Source: Cytophagaceae bacterium (GTDB lineage: Bacteria; Bacteroidota; Bacteroidia; Cytophagales; Spirosomataceae). From it: a stretch of 64,000 nt of DNA. The notes beneath the pieces were generated by a model. It was not told the origin of the DNA, did no database searches, and worked only from the letters and a program-made list of their open reading frames with translations. The first letter of the stretch is position 1; each line of letters starts with the position of its first letter. The translations under genes were made by a program, and so were the position numbers. The DNA lies in contig JANOMP010000343.1 in assembly GCA_031420365.1 (NCBI GenBank), positions 4,386 through 68,385 of the forward strand. The letters run 5' to 3'. Shown in pieces: positions 58,154 through 64,000 of the stretch.

Positions 58154-59722
58154 ATGAAATTTTTCGTTTTTGCATTTTTAAGTTTGTGTATTTTAGCATG
58201 TAGGGATGCTGTCACAAAAAAAGAATATATTTCTCCCGATATTCTATTTGGTGAACTTTTTGTTGAAGTTCAAACTCAACAGATTTTTGAAGATTCTAAA
58301 ACATTTGCTGACGCAATTCCAAAATTTAAAGCGAAAGAAATTCTTCTAAAATACACTCAAGAAAAAAATAAACCTGCTTTTGATTTAGCAAACTTCGTAA
58401 GTCAAAATTTTACATTTACTAATCCCCCCATTAAAATAGAAAATAAAAAAGGTTTAGAAGAATACCTTTTAGAAGATTGGAAAAATAGAATTAGAAAACC
58501 ATTTGACGATGGAGGGTCCCTTATACCTACAAGAAATATTTATTTATCTGTTAGTAAATATTCAAACGAGTTAAATTATGGCAGTAATTATTATTCAATT
58601 TTAGGCCTTTTAGCAGCGAAACAAAATATTTTGGCTAAAAATATAGCAGTAAATGCAGTACAATTAGTACAAGATTTTGGCTATATGCCAGCTGGAAACC
58701 GTACTTATTTGTTCGGAAGATCCAACCCGCCTTTTTTATCTTTTATTTTAGAAGAAATTTCAAAAACAAATCCTGAAATATTAAAATTTGCTTTACCTCA
58801 ACTTACCCAAGAATATCAATTCTGGATGTCTGCACAAGACAAAGATGAAAGCCTAAAACAAAAAGAAGCTCAAAATAAGAAAGAGTTAGCATATAAAAGA
58901 GTAGTCTTTTTAGAAAAAAATAATCTTTTAAATAGATATTACGACCCCTTAAATACGCCAAGAGTCGAAGTTTACCGAGAGGATTTGGAATTAAAAAAAA
59001 TAAATGGAAATTGTAATCGATTTCTATTTAAAAACTTAAGAGCTGCTAGCGAAAGTGATTGGGAGCACTCTAGTAGATGGATTTCAAATTTGCAGAAAAC
59101 AGAACAAGTCCATACCCTTCAGATAGCCCCAGTTGATTTAAATGCACTTTTATATCATCTTGAAAAAACTTTGGCTAAGGCATACAAGGCCAATGAACAA
59201 CCTGATTATGCTAGGAGTTTTGAAAACTTAGCAAAAAAAAGAAAAATTATTTTTGATACTTACTTTTGGGATGATACCAAAGGATTTTACTTTGATTATG
59301 ATTTTCTAAACAAAAAAAGAAGCAATGTGTATGCTCTTTCTGGGGTTTTTCCATTATTTGTTGGTTTGGCTAGTGAAAACCAAGCTACAAAAATTGCAGA
59401 ATTGCTGGAAAAATCATTTTTAATGCCAGGTGGCCTTTCCACAACTTTGAATGTTACAGGTTTAATAAATGACGCACCCTTTGGCAGGGCAGATCTACAA
59501 TGGATAGCAATTAGTAGCTTGAGAAAATATAAAAAGAACGCTTTAGCTAATCAAATTAAGGCTAGATGGATAAAAACAAATACGGAATGTTATTCCAAAT
59601 CTGGTGAACTTTTAGAATTCTACAATGTTATAAATCCTGAAAAAAATACTGTAAAGAAAAGCATCAAACCAACAAAAATAGATAAGACTAGTGGAATACT
59701 TTATAAACTATTAAAAGAATAA
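58154..59722 (+). CDS. GH37 trehalase-like protein (divergent; signature motifs degenerate)
   Basis: Collinear with E. coli TreA as I remember it (FEDSKTFADAIPK, GYMPAGNRTY..RSNPPF, QEYQFWM, DWEHSSRW). See the finding for the missing motifs. Confidence 0.65.
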   Translation: MKFFVFAFLSLCILACRDAVTKKEYISPDILFGELFVEVQTQQIFEDSKTFADAIPKFKAKEILLKYTQEKNKPAFDLANFVSQNFTFTNPPIKIENKKGLEEYLLEDWKNRIRKPFDDGGSLIPTRNIYLSVSKYSNELNYGSNYYSILGLLAAKQNILAKNIAVNAVQLVQDFGYMPAGNRTYLFGRSNPPFLSFILEEISKTNPEILKFALPQLTQEYQFWMSAQDKDESLKQKEAQNKKELAYKRVVFLEKNNLLNRYYDPLNTPRVEVYREDLELKKINGNCNRFLFKNLRAASESDWEHSSRWISNLQKTEQVHTLQIAPVDLNALLYHLEKTLAKAYKANEQPDYARSFENLAKKRKIIFDTYFWDDTKGFYFDYDFLNKKRSNVYALSGVFPLFVGLASENQATKIAELLEKSFLMPGGLSTTLNVTGLINDAPFGRADLQWIAISSLRKYKKNALANQIKARWIKTNTECYSKSGELLEFYNVINPEKNTVKKSIKPTKIDKTSGILYKLLKE

Positions 59723-59726
59723 ATAC

Positions 59727-60368
59727 TTATCTCAAATCTACCACTTCTACTCCAGGATATTTAGATTTATCAAATGTAAAAAGAGCGTCAGTTGCAGGTA
59801 CATTAGGTGTAAATTTGTCAATTCTAAAAACGGTTCTTTTGCCAGACTTATCCCAAACTTTCCATGTTTTTATACTTTTATCCGATTTGTTAACAGTAAT
59901 CTGAATTTTAGAGACATTCGATTTGCCGCCTAATGGAGAAAGCTCTACTACTTCATAGAATTTCCCAGCCTCTGTTTTTTCTTCTTTAAAAATGTATTTA
60001 TACCCTTTTTTATAAATAGAATAAATCTTTGTTGGCGAAAAATCAGAATCATCTTTTGGGTCAAATTCTGATATATTCACTTCATTGGTTTCTTTAACAA
60101 AAGTAAATAAGTCTTTGCCGTTATTAAAAATTTCTTGCCCCGCAGTTTTTAATCTAAACTTATTTCCCTTAACTGTTACATTTCCCGTAAAAACATTCGT
60201 GAGTTTAGTACCTGTTCCTTCTACGCCATAGGTAAAGTTTGCATTAAAAGTAGTTAAAGATTTATATTTTGCAGACATAGCGTCTAATATGGTTTCCGCT
60301 TTTTTATCTTGAGCAGCTATCTCAAAACTAAACGTTGCCAGGAACAAAAAAAGAATTCTATTTTTCAT
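59727..60368 (-). CDS. lolA: Outer-membrane lipoprotein carrier protein LolA-like
   Basis: Signal peptide, LolA-like length and pattern, and position directly downstream of ftsK. Confidence 0.7.
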   Translation of the reverse strand: MKNRILFLFLATFSFEIAAQDKKAETILDAMSAKYKSLTTFNANFTYGVEGTGTKLTNVFTGNVTVKGNKFRLKTAGQEIFNNGKDLFTFVKETNEVNISEFDPKDDSDFSPTKIYSIYKKGYKYIFKEEKTEAGKFYEVVELSPLGGKSNVSKIQITVNKSDKSIKTWKVWDKSGKRTVFRIDKFTPNVPATDALFTFDKSKYPGVEVVDLR

Positions 60369-60448
60369 GTGTATTGGTTGAAAATGGTTTGACTAAAGTT
60401 AAGGCTAAGGGTTTAAATCAAAATTAACAAATTGTATTGAAATCTGTT

Positions 60449-62896
60449 TCAATTTCTTTGTAAATTTCTTAAAATTTCTTCTAAATGTTCTAAATCCTTA
60501 ATTACAACCTCCCTGGCTTTGCTCCCTTCAAATGGCCCAACTATTCCGGCTCCTTCTAATTGGTCAATGATTCTACCTGCCCGGTTATAACCTAGTTTCA
60601 TTTTACGTTGAATCAATGAGGTACTTCCCTGTTGATGAATCACTAATAAACGAGCAGCGTCGTCAAACATCGGATCTAATTCTTTAGCATCAAAGTCAAG
60701 GCTATTGGGCTCTTCGTCACCATAAAACTCAGGGAGCAAATAGGCGGATTCATAGGCTCGTTGTTCCCCTATATATTCACAAATATTTTCAACTTCAGGC
60801 GTATCAACAAACGGACATTGTAACCGAATCATTTCAGAACCTGTTGATAACAACATATCTCCATTTCCTACCAATTGTTCGGCTCCACCTGTGTCCATAA
60901 TGGTTCGTGAATCGACTTTGGCAGTAACTTTAAATGATAGCCTGGCAGGAAAATTTGCTTTAATTAATCCAGTAATTACATTTACCGAAGGCCGTTGTGT
61001 TGCTACAATCAAGTGTATACCTATTGCTCTGGCTAGCTGTGCCAGTCTAGCAATAGGCTGCTCTACCTCTTTTCCTGCAGTCATCATTAAGTCTGCTAAT
61101 TCGTCAATAACCAATACTATATATGGTAAATACTTGTGCCCTTTTTCAGGATTTAGTCTTCTTTTTGTAAACTTCGAATTGTACTCTTTGATATTTCTAA
61201 CACCTCCATCTTTTAGTAAATTGTATCGATTATCCATTTCAATACAAAGTGAGTTTAGCGTATTGATAACTTTCTTAGTGTCAGTAATGATAGCTTCTTC
61301 CGAGTTGGGCAACATGGCTAAAAAATGACGTTCTATCTTATTAAAAAGTGTTAATTCCACTTTTTTTGGATCAACCAAAACAAACTTCACCTCAGAGGGG
61401 TGTTTTTTATATAAAAGTGAAGTCAATATTACGTTTAGCCCAACAGACTTACCTTGACCCGTGGCTCCGGCCATAAGTAAATGAGGCATTTTAGCTAAAT
61501 CCGCGATATAAATTTCATTGGAAATGGTTTTTCCTAAAATAATGGGCAATTCATACCCTGATTTCTGAAACTTATCTGATGCTAGAACCGATTTAATAGA
61601 GACCATCTCTCTATTTTTATTCGGTACTTCAATACCAATTGTACCCTTTCCAGGCATAGGAGCAATAATGCGAATACCTAGTGCGGCCAAATTTAGAGCG
61701 ATATCATCTTCTAAGTTTTTTATTTTTGAAATCCTTACTCCGGCATCAGGAACAATCTCATATAAAGTTACTGTAGGCCCAATAGTAGCTTTTATCGACG
61801 AAATACCAATAGCAAAATTATTAATAGTTTCAACAATCTTATTTTTGTTGGCTTCTAACTCTTCTTCACTTACTTTTGGGCCTACATTATTATATTCTTG
61901 AAGTAAAGAAAGTGGCGGATACAAATAGCCCGATAAGTCAAGTTTTGGGTCATATTCGCCAAATTGTCTCAATAAATCGTCGCTCTCTTCTTCTACCAAA
62001 TATTTCTGAAAATCAGTAGGTTGTTCCTCTACCTTTTCCAAAACTATTTCTTCAGGTTTTTCTATTGTAAAAGCAATACCTCCTTTGAATGGCTCTTTAG
62101 GCAAAGCAGAAGGTTCGAAATTTTTTTCTTTGGTTTCTTCTCTAAATTCCTTTTCTAAAATAACCCTCGGCTCAAAAAAGTCTTCCTCTTCTGCTTCCTC
62201 TTCTTCAACAAATTTTCGATTGAAAATACTTTTCGATTTCGTTTTTCTTGAAAAATATTTTGACAAAAGAAAGTCATCTATTTTAGTGAGTCTATGAAAA
62301 AACACCATCCAAATAAACAAAACGAGTAAAATAATAAATATGGACCCAAACCCTAAAAGTTTGAAAAGGAATTCGTTGGAACTATAGCCAATATTTCCAG
62401 ATAAAAGATAGCTCTTAAATTCAAAAACATAAACAAAATATCCTAAGAAAATTGAAATAAAAAACAGGTAGAAAACGCTCCCAATTGTGAAGCGATTGAG
62501 ATTGATTTTAAATAAATCTTCTTTGAAAACCAATCTAAAGCCCGAAAAAAACAAGATTGGAATTACTAAATAAGCGGCAATACCAAACCAAATAAAAATG
62601 AACCAATGAGATATATTTGCACCCAAAAGACCAAGATAGTTTGTTGCTTTTTTTTGCCCTTTCTCTAAAACAGATGAAATACTTTCTTGCACCACATCCT
62701 GATCTGCATTACCTGTAAATAAATAAGAAAAAAAAGAAATCAACAAAAAAACAGAGAGTAAAATTAATATTACTCCAAATATCAAGGAAAGTTGATAATC
62801 TTTAGGCAACAACCCATCACCTGAAAAAGACGGCGAGTCAACTATTTTTTCAGAAGACTTTGTTGTCTTCTTTTTAGTTCTAAATGAGTTAGACAT
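60449..62896 (-). CDS. ftsK: DNA translocase FtsK
   Basis: N-terminal TM segments, Walker A GATGQGKS, VIDELADLMM and a C-terminal gamma wHTH (STSLIQRKMKLGYNRAGRIIDQLE). Start at ATG 62896. Confidence 0.93.
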   Translation of the reverse strand: MSNSFRTKKKTTKSSEKIVDSPSFSGDGLLPKDYQLSLIFGVILILLSVFLLISFFSYLFTGNADQDVVQESISSVLEKGQKKATNYLGLLGANISHWFIFIWFGIAAYLVIPILFFSGFRLVFKEDLFKINLNRFTIGSVFYLFFISIFLGYFVYVFEFKSYLLSGNIGYSSNEFLFKLLGFGSIFIILLVLFIWMVFFHRLTKIDDFLLSKYFSRKTKSKSIFNRKFVEEEEAEEEDFFEPRVILEKEFREETKEKNFEPSALPKEPFKGGIAFTIEKPEEIVLEKVEEQPTDFQKYLVEEESDDLLRQFGEYDPKLDLSGYLYPPLSLLQEYNNVGPKVSEEELEANKNKIVETINNFAIGISSIKATIGPTVTLYEIVPDAGVRISKIKNLEDDIALNLAALGIRIIAPMPGKGTIGIEVPNKNREMVSIKSVLASDKFQKSGYELPIILGKTISNEIYIADLAKMPHLLMAGATGQGKSVGLNVILTSLLYKKHPSEVKFVLVDPKKVELTLFNKIERHFLAMLPNSEEAIITDTKKVINTLNSLCIEMDNRYNLLKDGGVRNIKEYNSKFTKRRLNPEKGHKYLPYIVLVIDELADLMMTAGKEVEQPIARLAQLARAIGIHLIVATQRPSVNVITGLIKANFPARLSFKVTAKVDSRTIMDTGGAEQLVGNGDMLLSTGSEMIRLQCPFVDTPEVENICEYIGEQRAYESAYLLPEFYGDEEPNSLDFDAKELDPMFDDAARLLVIHQQGSTSLIQRKMKLGYNRAGRIIDQLEGAGIVGPFEGSKAREVVIKDLEHLEEILRNLQRN

Positions 62897-63137
62897 TAAG
62901 GTATTTTTATGAGAAAGCAAAATGTAAGACAAATTTAAAAAAATTAGCTGAACATTTACTTAAATACTTATATTTTTGGAAGTTCCTTTTATTCAAAGAT
63001 ACAATTTATTTATTTAAAGTACTTATAATGAACCCAATTATAAAAATAATCGCCTGACTTAAGTTAAAAACTGTTAATAATTTTGTCCTGAGAATATTGT
63101 AAAAACAATTATATTATTAATTTAATTTCTTTAGTAC

Positions 63138-63442
63138 ATGACAAAAAATATACAAATTGATCCTGTAATTGGTGCAACTTATACTGTAAATGATGACAAA
63201 AATTGTTTAAGAGATTCATTCACTATTACAGTTAATCCAAGTTGTCAAAACTCACAACAAATTTTAAATGAAATTGGAGGAAATTCAATTTTAAAGCTAA
63301 TCAATTAATTACGGCAAGTAATATCCTTCAAAGTGGAACAAAAATAAACTATAATGCTGGTAAAGAAATTATTCTTATTCCAGATTTCAAAACAAATACT
63401 GGTGCCGTTTTTAAAGCTCAAATTCAAGGTTGTGGAAATTGA
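63138..63442 (+). pseudogene. Frameshifted C-terminal remnant of a large surface protein
   Basis: Two short abutting frames: MTKNIQIDPVIGATYTVNDDKNCLRDSFTITVNPSC...* and then KANQLITASNILQSGTKINYNAGKEIILIPDFKTNTGAVFKAQIQGCGN*. The latter resembles the A-x-N-x-I...AG-x-x-I-x-L-x-P-x-F...F-x-A tail of Bacteroidota adhesin-like proteins, as recalled from memory. Confidence 0.3.
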
Positions 63443-63583
63443 ATAATTTAAAATTTTAAGCTACTTATTATGGTTTATGCCAAAATTTTCTTTTTCTGCT
63501 ACGAATCCATTTGTTTAATTGGAAGTAAGTCTCTAATAAGAAAAATGGAAATACAGAAAATGGAAATTGAATTATAAAATGAC

Positions 63584-64000
63584 TCAATTCACAATTCCAT
63601 GCGATTTGCCAGAAATGTATTTGGGCTCTTTTATGAGTTTTTTTAACATTTTTATGGACTGGAATGGCCCTTCATCAATAAACATATTAATCACAGCATT
63701 CGACAAGTCACCACCCGGGTCAGAATGTAAAATATAAATTCCACTCACACCATTTTGAGTAGGTTTAAAACTCCATTTGGCATAAAAATCCTTTATTCTG
63801 ATGAAGTCTTTGTCTTCGGGCAATGACTTCCAATTGCAAACATCTTCTGATATAACTTCTTTAGTAATCGCATTTTGAGAAACCTTAATGGTAGCTACCA
63901 AATCTCTATCCGCCGAAGGCCAGGGCATATTTATACGATTGTAATAATCTACATGATTAAAAGTATGTACTTTTAGCACTTTTGCAAATTCTACTTTGTA
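63584..64000 (-). CDS. START/SRPBCC-like lipid-binding domain protein (partial; probably begins beyond the right edge)
   Basis: PWPSADRDLV...KWSFKP...ILHSDPGG pattern. The frame remains open to position 64000. Confidence 0.5.
   Translation of the reverse strand, partial: YKVEFAKVLKVHTFNHVDYYNRINMPWPSADRDLVATIKVSQNAITKEVISEDVCNWKSLPEDKDFIRIKDFYAKWSFKPTQNGVSGIYILHSDPGGDLSNAVINMFIDEGPFQSIKMLKKLIKEPKYISGKSHGIVN

Overview
AT-rich segment (about one-third G+C by eye, not computed) that looks like a Bacteroidota chromosome, Flavobacteriia/Cytophagia-like. This placement is an inference from gene families: GLPGLI paralogues, a PorT-like barrel next to ubiE, lolA-ftsK, and a CarboxypepD_reg-type outer-membrane (OM) barrel. 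I support about 60 protein genes, one tRNA-Val(TAC), one ISAzo13-like insertion sequence, several intrinsic terminators and a few repeats. No CRISPR array, rRNA or prophage was seen. Most of the window is ordinary housekeeping: uxuA-kdgK, leucine-catabolism genes, pyrD, ubiE, ndk, ftsK, lolA, a TetR-TolC-MFP-RND efflux operon, two histidine kinase/response regulator pairs, a DEAD-box helicase plus RRM protein, and FKBP isomerases. There are three accessory patches. (i) 1-1.7 kb holds the 5' part of a type I restriction hsdR that runs off the left edge. It is missed by the ORF track, is preceded by a 17-bp perfect inverted-repeat pair, and lies next to the 3' end of tRNA-Val. (ii) 4.2-7.2 kb holds an LRR protein, a decayed DUF2490-like remnant, a 53-aa ORF and an ISAzo13-like element. 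(iii) 18.0-25.5 kb is the best candidate for an undescribed system. It is a tandem array of three two-gene cassettes, each a small Sec-signal Cys-framework protein followed by a GLPGLI-family protein. Every cassette is headed by a 116-bp module (5' leader plus signal peptide) that is nearly identical between copies, while the mature parts are unalignable. A divergent XRE regulator sits upstream, with an 8-bp x4 tandem repeat at its start and a decayed duplicate further downstream. A TonB-receptor-like OM barrel sits downstream. All functional calls come from reading motifs by eye; no database search was possible.
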